Positions 48,291-63,432 of a DNA stretch of 64,000 bases are shown in pieces. The notes under the pieces were generated by a model. That model had not been told where the DNA came from, searched no databases, and saw only the letters and a program-made list of their open reading frames with translations. The stretch's first letter is position 1; each line of letters starts with the position of its first letter. The DNA comes from the human T2T-CHM13v2.0 reference genome, Homo sapiens. Where the stretch lies: contig CP068257.2 in NCBI GenBank assembly GCA_009914755.4, positions 31,648,001 to 31,712,000 of the forward strand, in the 5' to 3' direction. The position numbers were made by a program, and so were the translations under genes.

Positions 48291-49098
48291 TATATTCCAT
48301 TGCATTGTTCTTTACAAACATTCATTTAATTATGTAATTGCTAATTAATTGCTTGGTTGTTATAACAACGAAGTATTTGATTCCTTATTTTATCTCATCA
48401 TTTAAATTTTATTTCGCATATTTTCACAATGCACTGGATCTATTACTGAGGAATTTAATTAAATAATCATTCGAACCATGGGCTCGAATTGTTTACTGAT
48501 AAAGCCCGACGACCAAAACAGCCTAGCGACTGCTGTTTGGAGCCCCTCGGCCCAGGGCCCGTGGCTGTTCTCTCCAAGGGACCATCTCGCCCCTCAGCCA
48601 AGTCGCCCGGAAAACGAGCGCTCGACCGCCTCTGCCCCGCTCTCGCTCTGCACACAGCAACGGTCTGGTCGCTCAGCCACTTCCTCCTTCCAGCCTCATC
48701 TGGTTCCCAGGCCGCTGGGGACTCCCAACGCCACTGTCCAAGACTCTAGGGTCAGCAAGCGCCCCGGGCGGAGAAGGGCGAGGACGAAGAGCGCCGGGCC
48801 GCGACCAGGAGCCCACCCGCGCCCTCCGACTGCAGACATGGGGAAGAGACGCGGGAACTCCAAAGTCGCTGGGTCTGCGCAGGTGTGTGCCGCGATCCTG
48901 TGAAGGTCAAGGCCTCCTGTGAGGGGGAGTCGTCCTGGAATGCGATGGTGAAGTGCTCCAGACCGGCCATAGGCCGGAAAGAGTGAGGAAGAAGAGAATG
49001 CAGGAGGCCTGCGATTTCTAAGGCGCGCGCGCACAGGGGTGCTGCAATTAGGATGGGGCAATGGGAGCTTGGAGAAGGGGTGCTAGCTAGGAGGAAAG

Positions 49099-49268
49099 GC
49101 GCGTGCGTGGAGGAACGGCGCGTGCGCGGAGGGGCGGTGTGTGTGTCAGAAGAGGCGGCGCGTGCGTAGAGGGGCGGTGAGAGCTAAGAGGGGCAGCGCG
49201 TGCGCAGAGGGGCGGTGTGACTTAGGACGGGGCGATGGCGGCTGAGAGGAGCTGTGCGTGCGCGAACA
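49099..49268. promoter_or_regulatory. IFNAR1: About 4.5 tandem imperfect ~37-bp units GGCGCGTGCG(Y)(R)GAGGGGCGGTG..., each carrying a GGGGCGG GC box (candidate Sp1 sites), immediately upstream of the IFNAR1 ATG
   Basis: ggcgcgtgcgtggaggaac / ggcgcgtgcgcggaggggcggtgtgtgtgtcagaagag / gcggcgcgtgcgtagaggggcggtgagagctaagagg / ggcagcgcgtgcgcagaggggcggtgtgacttaggac / ggggcgatggcggctgagaggagctgtgcgtgcgcgaac. Confidence 0.6.
49137..49146. repeat. IFNAR1: (GT)5 microsatellite inside the IFNAR1 core promoter (154-163 bp upstream of the ATG)
   Basis: ggggcggtgtgtgtgtcag read directly. A polymorphic promoter GT repeat is described for IFNAR1 (from memory). Confidence 0.85.
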
Positions 49269-49299
49269 TGTAACTGGTGGGATCTGCGGCGGCTCCCAG

Positions 49300-49375
49300 A
49301 TGATGGTCGTCCTCCTGGGCGCGACGACCCTAGTGCTCGTCGCCGTGGCGCCATGGGTGTTGTCCGCAGCCGCAG
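49300..49375 (+). CDS. IFNAR1: IFNAR1 exon 1 coding part: MMVVLLGATTLVLVAVAPWVLSAAAG (signal peptide), ends in codon phase 1. The exon starts at an undetermined TSS roughly 49200-49230
   Basis: ATG at 49300 in a Kozak-like ccagATGATGG context; donor GCAG|gtgagag at 49375/49376; joins in frame to exon 2 (G|GT -> Gly). Matches the IFNAR1 N-terminus recalled from the protein. Confidence 0.92.
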
Positions 49376-50162
49376 GTGAGAGGCGGGGAGGAGAGTCTTG
49401 GCGCAGGGCGGGAGGTAGGGCACGCAGCTGGGCTACGGGGGCGGCGATGCTGTTGGGGGCGACAGACGCCCAGTCTGGGAAACCTTCGGTCCACTTTGCC
49501 GCGCCAAAGATTAAACCCGACCTGGGCTCGCAAATCAACCAGGAGAAAGTGGTGTTCTGGGTCCTCTCTTGCCGCTTGCCTGTGGCCGTGTACGGGTCCT
49601 CGGGAGCGCCCGGGTCCCACCCCCGTGAAATGGCGGTGCCAGAGCTTTGTGTCGAGTTTGATTCTTTCCGGGAAAGTACCGCGGCTCCGCTGGTCTGTTT
49701 GATAATAAACAAAACATTTCCCGAAATGCATTTCCTCAATCTGGTGAATAGGCGCCCAGTCCCACGGGGGAGTGAGCTAAGTGTGGCCAGGATTTCTCTG
49801 CCCTCAGGATTCATACAGGCCAATAAAAAATGACAGTCGGAGTGACTGAAGCATAATTGTCAGTTCTCGAGGTTTACTAAGCCTGCTTCAGGGCGCATCC
49901 GGGAAAAACGTGAGCCACAAACACGTCTGTGACTGGTTTTCCAGAGGTTTTCAGGAGGTGGGGCAGGAAGGCAGTAAGGCAAATAGTTCTGTGAGAATTT
50001 AGTTAGTGCCCAAGAAATCTGTATTTTAAGATACCATGAGTGTCTTGAAGAGAAAAAGAGAGTAAAGGGAGTCAGTTATGCAGATGCCTCTGGGTAGATG
50101 GAGTCTTGACTTTGTTTTGCACCTGAGAAGATAAGCTTGTAATTGACATGGTCAGTGTGGAA

Positions 50163-50447
50163 GGCCTGAACTAGTTTTTCAGATTAACTTTGGAATGCCA
50201 TTTGTTGAGAGGAGAGGTCCATTCACATTGTTGGGGGGCTTAGAATTTTATTTTTGGTTTACTTAACTACCTACTTTTTTCCCAAAGAAATAATCATGTT
50301 CAAAACTCAATGAAATGTTATCTAAATGAGATTGTAATGTTGCTCAGTCTTTCAGAAGTCATAAAAATAGTCATACTTTTTAAACTAGTAAATGCAATTC
50401 TAGGACCCAAGACTAAGAAAACTGTCCAAAATATGGGAAGACATTTT
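50163..50447. repeat. Paralogous segment copy 1 (~290 bp; ~85% identical to 52643-52948)
   Basis: ggcctgaactagtttttcagattaactttggaatgcca...ttagaattttatttttggtttacttaactacctac...gagattgtaatgttgctcagtctttcagaagtcataaaaatag...ctagtaaatgcaattctaggacccaagactaagaaaactgtccaaaatatgggaagacattt. Confidence 0.7.
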
Positions 50448-50455
50448 TATTTATA

Positions 50456-50741
<286 letters not shown>

Positions 50742-51639
50742 ATCTATTTATGTTTTAGACTTTAGTTTTAGGAACTAGACTTAGGTTGTAGACCTGAAGT
50801 TACAGTTGGCATCCCCTTGTTTATGGGAGACCAGCAAAGAATTGACTTATGAATGATCTGTCAGGGTAGCCCTTCGCAGATGGCTGAGTCTTTTTATCCT
50901 TCCTTGGGGATTTGGCTGAAGCATAATGCTAGTAACAGCCATTCGTTTGGAAGAGGGTGTTGCAGTCACTTGGCCTCTGGGCTTAACTAACTTCCCTTTT
51001 GCGTAAGAAAGTTGGGAGAGGTCCTGAGATTTTTTTTTTTCTTTTACAAAAATAATAAAAGAAAAATACAAAGGCAGGGCGTCACCAGGCTAATTTGCTG
51101 AAATTCTTCATACTTACTTGGGATGCATGGGGGAATGGCAACTATTACAAGGTTGATAGAGAGTGAGAGGTAATTTTGTAGTGAGGAGGGGTACCCAAAG
51201 AGAATCAGGGCTAGCATCCCAGTGCAGGAGTCCAGGTGGTCTGTGAGCCTGCAAGTGAGTTCAAAATACTTTACCTGTTGGCTTAGGAAACCATATACCT
51301 GTGTGGTACATGATATCCTATTTCTCAAACTTTTCCACAAATATGTAGTATACTTTTCCTAGGATGTGGGTACTAGGGTCCTGGTGCATCCCATAGTAAT
51401 TTCTTTGAAGTCTTTTGTTTATGAAAAACTTGCATTAAACTCATGTTTGGTTTGATGTGAAAAAAGCTTTCCCAGAATTTTCATATAAAATTGACATTCC
51501 AGGAGGGTGTGCATTAAGAAATTAATTTAAAATTAGGTTAGCGGACAGGTGGCAAGATATAATTTATAGGCATTTATCATTTCTTAAGCTCTTAGCTGTG
51601 TGCCAGGCAGTAATCTAAGTGTTTTAAAGGTATAAACTC

Positions 51640-51810
51640 ATTAAGCTTTCAGAGCAGTGTAGATACTGTTATGCTTAGTTAACAGACAAGGAAACTGAGC
51701 AACGGAGAGATCAAGTAACTTGCCTGAGGCTGTATAGGCCAGTCCGTGGAGGAGTGGGAAGTCAAATCCTGAGTCTGGACTAATAGCCTTGGGGCTTAAC
51801 CAGACTAGAC
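51640..51810 (+). mobile_element. MIR SINE fragment
   Basis: taacagacaaggaaactgagcaacggagagatcaagtaacttgcctgaggctgtataggccagtccgtggaggagtgggaagtcaaatcctgagtctggactaatagccttggggc. Confidence 0.6.
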
Positions 51811-52334
51811 TGTTTTCCCAAAGGCCAAACAATTTAAATTCCTGATTGTCCACTTGTATGTTAAGGGCCTAATTATCAGTATCTTTCAGTTAACTGTGAG
51901 CCCAAAAATATCTGAGACCGGTCTGAAATCAACTTAGAAAGTTTATTTTGCCAAGGTTAAGGATGCATTCATGACACAGCCTCAAGAGGTCCTGGCCACA
52001 TGTGCCCAAGGTGGTCAAGGTCCAGCTTGCTTTTATACATTTTAGGGAGACATATCAATCAGTACATCTAAGATGTACATTTGATTGGTTCGATCTGGAA
52101 AGGCAGGACAACTCAAAGCAAGGCTTCCAGGTCATAGGTAGATTTAAAGATTTTCTGATTGGTAATTGGTTGAAATCAATGGAAAGGAATGTCTGGGATG
52201 TCCTAAGGGGTTGTGGAGACCAAAATTTTATCATGCAGATCAAGCTTGTCCAACCCACAGCCCACTGGCCGCGTGCAGCCCATGATGGCTTTGAATGCAG
52301 TCCAACACAAATTCGTAAACTTTCTTAAAACATG

Positions 52335-52390
52335 AGGGGTTTTTGTTTTGTTTGTTTTCTTTCTGTTTTTTTGTTTGTTTGTTTTTAGCT
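52335..52390. repeat. (TTTG)n / T-rich simple repeat
   Basis: ttttgttttgtttgttttctttctgtttttttgtttgtttgtttttag. Confidence 0.75.
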
Positions 52391-52642
52391 CATCAGATAT
52401 TGTTAGTGTATTTTGTGTGTGGCCCAAGACAGTTGTTCTTCCAGTGTGGCCCACGGAAGCAAAAAGAGTGGACACCCTTGATGCAGATGAGGCCTGCAGA
52501 TAGCAGGCTTCAGAGAGAATAGATTGTAACTGTTTCTTGTGAAACTTAACGTCTGTGTTGTTGTTAATGGTGGTTAGCTTTTTCTGAATTCCAGAAGAGA
52601 GGAGGGTATAATGAGGCATATCCAAACCTCACTTCGCATCAT

Positions 52643-52948
52643 GGCCTGAAGTAGTTTTTCAGGTTAGCTTTGGAATGCCCTTGGTCAGGAGAAGGGGTCC
52701 ATTCTGATGGTTGGGGGACTTAGAATTTTATTTTTGGTTTACGTAACTATCTACTTTTTCCCCAAAAAAAATCATGTTGAAAACTCAAGACCTTAAGTTT
52801 ACAGCTCAAGCTGATCCTGAAAGTTATCTCAGTGAGATTGTAATGTTGCTCAGTCTTTCAGAAGTTGTATAAATGTACCTTTTAGCCTAGTAAATGCAAT
52901 TCTAGGACTCTAGATTAAGAAAACTATCCAAAATATGGGAAGACATTT
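52643..52948. repeat. Paralogous segment copy 2 (with a ~35-bp extra insert gaccttaagtttacagctcaagctgatcctgaaag)
   Basis: ggcctgaagtagtttttcaggttagctttggaatgccc...ttagaattttatttttggtttacgtaactatctac...gagattgtaatgttgctcagtctttcagaagttgtataaatg...ctagtaaatgcaattctaggactctagattaagaaaactatccaaaatatgggaagacattt. Confidence 0.7.
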
Positions 52949-54149
52949 ACTTACATATTTGTACAGATATCTATATTTGGATTTATGTCAGACTTAAAGA
53001 TATAGTAAACCATTTTGGTCGTGAAAATGAATGTGAAAGGTTGAAAGCAACCAAAATTATAAATGCATTATATATATATTAGATTAAATGTCCATTTATA
53101 CATTTACATGTGGGGTAATTAATTGTTAATATACTAATATAAAACATTTTAATATACTAGTAAATTAATATATTGTATGTTAATGTTACATAACAATTTA
53201 TGAAAAAATTATTAAAAGGAGATTGCCAATAATAATAGAGCAAAATCTGTGAAAACTAAAATCCTGTTTAATAACTTTATTTCCAAGCCCCTGTCCATTT
53301 ATCAGTCAGTTATTTGTTGGTCTTCCAAATGCCAACATGCCTGTAACTTCAGGGTCTCCTTCTTTTAGCAGTAAAGGATTTTTTTTCTCCCTGAGGAAAT
53401 CACTAGCTGTACCCTATAACATTTTCTATTCTTGTCTCAAGGCCCAAAATTACTAGAATTATAATATTCTGCACAAGATATTGTAAATACTACAAATGCC
53501 ATCAGATCTTTTGTTAAACTCTGTAAACCCAGTTGCTACCCTTTGGCTGCATAGAATCTATAAATTCTAACAAATGGATGAGAACCAAGTTAAGAATTCT
53601 AGAGTGGGATAAGGGGATGTGATGTATTCTATTCAGGGATGAAGTTTTAGAGACTCCAAGTATGAAACAGAAAATTGAGGATGGGGAGACCTGATGGGTA
53701 CCACATTAAGTTTAAAAAAAAAAAAAGTGTTTTCTCAGCTGTCTCCCCTTTTGACCCCATACTATAAGATCTAACTGGAAAGAGCAAGAAGCTGTCTCAG
53801 TTAAGAAAGTTCTATACAAGAACCCCTGTGGTAGAACAAGTCTACAACAAGATAACATGATTGCCCCAAGGCAGAAGTAAAAGAAATATTGTAGGAACCA
53901 TAAATGAATTTAAAAGCTGATCTTTTAAAAAATATATAACTTATCAAAGTGAGAGATCAGTCCTTTATGATATTTAAGGAGTTCCTGTGAATGCACCATT
54001 ATGCTGGATACTCTGAAAAAATGCAAATCAAGTATGAAGCGATATAAATTCTGCCCTTAAGGAACTTGCAATCTAGTTGGAGATTTATGTTTAACACAAA
54101 GAAGCAGTTTTTACAAATACTTCTTTTGAGGATTCTGGGAAGATGGCAG

Positions 54150-58535
<4,386 letters not shown>

Positions 58536-58554
58536 ACTCAAAGAGACCACACCA

Positions 58555-58860
58555 AGAAACAGTCAAACTTTTGAAAGCCAAAGACAGAGAAGTGACTTGT
58601 CATACACAAGGGATCTTTGATAACATGATCAGCAGATTTCTCACCTGATACTTTGGAGACCAGTGTATTCAAAGTGCTAAAAAAAACAAAACCAAAAAAC
58701 TCAAAACCCTGTATATGGCAAAATTGCCCTTCAAAAGCATAAGGAAATTAAGATGTTCTTAGATAGACAAAAGCTAAGGGAGTTCATTACCGCTAGAACT
58801 GCCCTGCAAGAAATGCTTAAGGAAGTCCTGAAAGGTGAAATGAAAGGGCACTAGACAGAG
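58555..58860 (+). mobile_element. Second L1 ORF1 C-terminal fragment (mosaic/rearranged L1)
   Basis: caaacttttgaaagccaaagacagagaagtgacttgtcatacacaagggatc...atcagcagatttctcacctgatactttggagaccagtgtattcaaagtgctaaaaaaaac...aaaattgcccttcaaaagcataaggaaattaagatgttcttagatagacaaaagctaagggagttcattaccgctagaactgccctgcaagaaatgcttaaggaagtcctgaaaggtgaaatgaaagggcactag (cf. L1 ORF1 ...ctgagggagttcatcaccactagacctgccttacaagaaatgctaaagggagttcttcaagctgaaacaaaaggacactaa). Confidence 0.55.
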
Positions 58861-58861
58861 G

Positions 58862-59343
58862 GGACAGTGCAGATTCAGGCAGGTGCAATGGCTTCTGGGG
58901 AAGACCCAGCCAGTGGGGCTATTGCCAGCATCCAGTCAGCTGCCACCTTCCCTGACCCCAGTGTCAAGTGATGCGCAGGGTGATCCAGGTGTGTGAGGGG
59001 CAGCTGGATGTCCAGACTGAGGGCACTGGTGCCATCAGTGGCTATCCTACCACTCAATTCATGACCCAGGTGGTGATCCAGGGTGATATCACCAGTTATG
59101 ATGCAGTTAACACAGAGGGGAAAGCTGCTGAGATACACTATACTTTCCCACCCCTGCAGTGGGAGATGGGGCAGGGGGTACCACATCAGGGAGTACAGCT
59201 GCTGTTGTTACTACCCAGGGCTCAGAGGCACTGCTTGGGCAGGTGACTCTTCCTGGCACTGGTCAATTATTTGTGATGATGTCACCACAAGGAGTACTGC
59301 AGGGAGGAAGCCAGCACTTGATTGCCCCTAGGACTCAACCTTA
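58862..59343 (+). pseudogene. USF1P: Processed-pseudogene fragment of USF1 (N-terminal ~160 codons), intronless, with a 32-nt deletion and at least one further frameshift
   Basis: Translations: GTVQIQAGAMASGEDPASGAIASIQSAATFPDPSVK (USF1 ...EGTVQIQEGAVATGEDPTSVAIASIQSAATFPDPNVK), then [32-nt deletion] MRRVIQVCEGQLDVQTEGTGAISGYPTTQFMTQVVIQG... (USF1 MYRVIQVSEGQLDGQTEGTGAISGYPATQSMTQAVIQG), then in another frame AVGDGAGGTTSGSTAAVVTTQGSEALLGQVTLPGTGQLFVMMSPQGVLQGGSQHLIAPRTQPY (USF1 TAVGDGAGGTTSGSTAAVVTTQGSEALLGQATPPGTGQFFVMMSPQEVLQGGSQRSIAPRTHPY). No intron sequences at the exon joins. Confidence 0.8.
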
Positions 59344-59709
59344 TTTATTTGGACGTAACACCATTGTAAGTCAAGAAGCATCTCTATCTATCTATGAACA
59401 TACAATGTGAAATCAAATTGAGGCCATAAAACAGTTGAACCTCATCATAAGAGTGACTCATCGGTGTCACTTCTAAGACCAAGAAAAATTCTATTTTTAT
59501 GCAGAGACCATTTGTTTTTTAATTAAAAGACAACTCTATTTCAAAGAGGAAAAAAAATCAACTCTTTTTTCAGCTCTCTCAGATGCAGAAATGTAATTAT
59601 CAGCATCCCTGTGCTGGGAGCAATCATTAGTTTTTTTAGATTTTTAAAATATACTTCATTATGTTTCACTGTATTCATTCTTTAATCAGGGATGTGAGGG
59701 ATAGAATAA

Positions 59710-59922
<213 letters not shown>

Positions 59923-60160
59923 TGACCTGAATAATTTTTACAAGTTTAACAACACCATAATTTTTAGATTTGGAAAGTGTTTGGTTTTTCTATTTTTTAG
60001 AAATGTTACGCCTATTTTACATAATATTTTTAACTTTGTTTCTGTAGAGACTTAGTCAAATACATCTTTGGGTGTTGAAGCAAAAAATTGGGGATGAGGG
60101 TGGTAGACAGCGTCTCTAACCCATAGCCATTCCTTCTTTCTTCTGGGTGTTCCAGCTTCT

Positions 60161-60824
60161 TTTTTTTTTTTTTTTAATTATTATACTTTAAGTTTTAGGG
60201 TACATGTGCACAATGTGCAGGTTAGTTACGTATGTATACATGTGCCATGCTGGTGCGCTGCACCCACTAACTCGTCATCTAGCATTAGGTATATCTCCCA
60301 ATGCTATCCCTCCCCCCTCCCCCCATCCCACAACAGGCCCCAGAGTGTGATGTTCCCCTTCCTGTGTCCATGTGTTCTCATTGTTCAGTTCCCACCTATG
60401 AGTGAGAATATGCGGTGTTTGGTTTTTTGTTCTTGCGATAGTTTACTGAGAATGATGATTTCCAATTTCATCCATGTCCCTACAAAGGACATGAACTCAT
60501 CATTTTTTATGGCTGCATAGTATTCCATGGTGTATATGTGCCACATTTTCTTAATCCAGTCTATCATTGTTGGACATTTGGGTTGGTTCCAAGTCTTTGC
60601 TATTGTGAATAATGCCGCAATAAACATACGTGTGCATGTGTCTTTATAGCAGCATGATTTATAGTCCTTTGGGTATATACCCAGTAATGGGATGGCTGGG
60701 TCAAATGGTATTTCTAGTTCTAGATCCCTGAGGAATCGCCACACTGACTTCCACAATGGTTGAACTAGTTTACAGTCCCACCAACAGTGTAAAAGTGTTC
60801 CTATTTCTCCACATCCTCTCCAGC
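60161..60824 (-). mobile_element. LINE-1 (L1PA-like, fairly young) 3'-terminal fragment, antisense to IFNAR1, with poly(A) (seen as a T-run) and ~9-bp TSD tccagcttc
   Basis: (T)15 aattattatactttaagttttagggtacatgtgcacaatgtgcaggttagttacgtatgtatacatgtgccatgctggtgcgctgcacccactaactcgtcatctagcattaggtatatctcc... = reverse complement of the L1 ORF2-end/3'UTR consensus. The minus-strand ORF 60385-60903 encodes the L1 ORF2 C-terminus (...MIDWIKKMWHIYTMEYYAAIKNDEFMSFVGTWMKLE...). TSD copies at about 60151-60160 and 60827-60836. Confidence 0.85.
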
Positions 60825-60939
60825 TCCAGCTTCTTTCAATATAAGTTGGGGTCTGAGCTAGGGTATATCTTGAAGATATGGCATTGTACTCCAAAAGGTC
60901 CATCGAAGACCTTGGAATAGGCCACCAGGTTTCCTGTGA

Positions 60940-61292
<353 letters not shown>

Positions 61293-61318
61293 TAGATACA
61301 CTTTGTAAATATATTGTT

Positions 61319-61496
61319 AACTGGGCATGGTGGCATGTGTCTGTAATCCCACCTACTTGGGAAGCTGAGGCAGAAGAATCGCTTGAACCCAGGAGACAGA
61401 GGTTGCTGTGAGCCAAGTTTGCACCACTGTACTCCAGCCTGGGAGACAGCAAGACTCCATCTCAAAAATAAATAAATAAATAAAATAAAATAAAAA
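61319..61496 (+). mobile_element. Alu right-arm (monomer-like) fragment with (AAAT)n tail
   Basis: ctgggcatggtggcatgtgtctgtaatcccacctacttgggaagctgaggcagaagaatcgcttgaacccaggagacagaggttgctgtgagccaagtttgcaccactgtactccagcctgggagacagcaagactccatctcaaaaataaataaataaat. Confidence 0.75.
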
Positions 61497-61799
61497 TCGA
61501 TATATTGGACCTTGCATTTCTAAAGACTCAGTTTTTCTGGAGTGTTGATGTCTCTTCCTTAGTACTTTCTACTTAATTATTCAAGAGGAGAGGCAGGCAG
61601 AAGGAGGAATATAGAAGGGAACACAGATCAGGAAGTACAGTACTTTGCCTTCCGATTATGTGTTGGGGCCCCACCTGCCAACCATGTTCCCCTGTCCAAG
61701 AAAAAGCAGGCAATGAAGAAATAAGGCATTAGGCCCTCCGGAACCAGGAGCCCACCACTTCAGCCACAGCTGTGACACTATTCTCGAGTTGTAACTAAA

Positions 61800-62065
61800 A
61801 CTGGCATATGAATCTCACAGCTTCAGTAATTGTGTATGCATATATAAACAAATACACACTGTATATATGCATATATACACTATATATATACATACTGTAT
61901 ATATACATTACACTATATATAATACATACTGTATACATACATATACACACATTGTGTATACATACATATACACACATTGTGTATACATACATATACACAC
62001 TATATATACATATACACACTGTATATGTATATGTATATACACACACAAATTCATATATGACTTTT
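61800..62065. repeat. Low-complexity TA/CA-rich tandem repeat (~25-bp units tatacatacatatacacacattgtg and variants)
   Basis: ...ctgtatatatacattacactatatataatacatactgtatacatacatatacacacattgtgtatacatacatatacacacattgtgtatacatacatatacacactatatatacatatacacactgtatatgtatatgtatatacacacac... Confidence 0.85.
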
Positions 62066-62224
62066 CTCAGAATTGATCATTTAAAATTTTTTATCTCTAG
62101 AGATTTTCATTAAATTGAACTTTGAGTTTGGTTACCAGTTTTGTTTTTTCCCTTAGTTTGGAATTTCCTTATGAACAACTATTTTAGGTAGAGAAGGAAT
62201 TATTTCAGATACCCTTATTTAATG

Positions 62225-62792
<568 letters not shown>

Positions 62793-62893
62793 CCCAACAA
62801 ATATTGAATATATTTCATGCCAAACACTCTTCTGACTGCTTAGACTGCCTCAGTGAACAGGAGAGGCAAAGATGGCATGAAGTTATATTATGA

Positions 62894-63432
<539 letters not shown>

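Larger units (their letters stand above)
42127..48312. repeat. Giant (~6.2 kb) extremely AT-rich hierarchical tandem-repeat array. All units are built on GGAAT(A/G)T + (TA)n. Bracketed by a 22-bp perfect inverted repeat
   Basis: Read directly: successive sub-blocks with different periods (32, ~30, ~20, ~27, 39, 11-14 with 25/26-bp super-units, 26, 12 bp). Termini gaacaatgcaatggaatatata (42127-42148) and tatatattccattgcattgttc (48291-48312) are exact reverse complements. Confidence 0.97.
48470..49720. promoter_or_regulatory. IFNAR1: CpG island spanning the IFNAR1 promoter, exon 1 and the start of intron 1 (TATA-less, GC-box rich)
   Basis: Abrupt switch from ~85% AT to a GC-rich, CpG-dense sequence (cgaccgcctctgccccgctctcgc..., gcgcgtgcg..., ggggcgg x several). 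Contains the IFNAR1 initiator ATG. Confidence 0.85.

Noticed and set aside
42127-48312. Regularly spaced repeats superficially like a CRISPR array, or satellite III (GGAAT)n
   Set aside because: No unique spacers; units are contiguous and AT-rich; the genome is human (Alu/L1 everywhere). Not HSat3 either: the GGAAT occurs once per 11-39-bp unit followed by (TA)n, not as a pentamer array
42010-48330. Very long ORFs on both strands (316-1489 aa; YIYIFHIYIP..., MEYIYGIYIWN...) covering the whole array
   Set aside because: Pure artefact of an AT-rich tandem repeat that happens to lack TAA/TAG/TGA in several frames. Tyr/Ile-only 'proteins' with perfect periodicity, no start context, no splice sites and six overlapping frames cannot all be genes
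49700-49720. TTCCCGAAA read as a canonical GAS (STAT) element
   Set aside because: Spacing is TTC-N2-GAA, not the canonical N3; kept only as a low-interest palindrome observation
48478-49833. ORFs inside the CpG island other than the IFNAR1 exon-1 frame (48478-48903 +, 48696-49061 -, 49146-49823 -, 49330-49731 -, 49376-49702 +)
   Set aside because: High GC suppresses stop codons. These ORFs overlap each other and the real exon in incompatible frames, lack Kozak or splice signals, and have low-complexity Arg/Pro/Gly-rich translations typical of CpG-island noise
58968-59410. Three overlapping plus-strand ORFs (92, 82, 83 aa) with USF1-like translation
   Set aside because: They are the three frames of one frameshifted USF1 processed pseudogene, not a functional bHLH-zip gene. 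The DNA-binding bHLH-LZ half is absent
60385-60903. 172-aa minus-strand ORF with L1 ORF2 C-terminal homology
   Set aside because: Part of a 660-bp 5'-truncated L1 3' fragment and not an intact reverse transcriptase gene. The ORF extends past the L1 boundary into unrelated sequence
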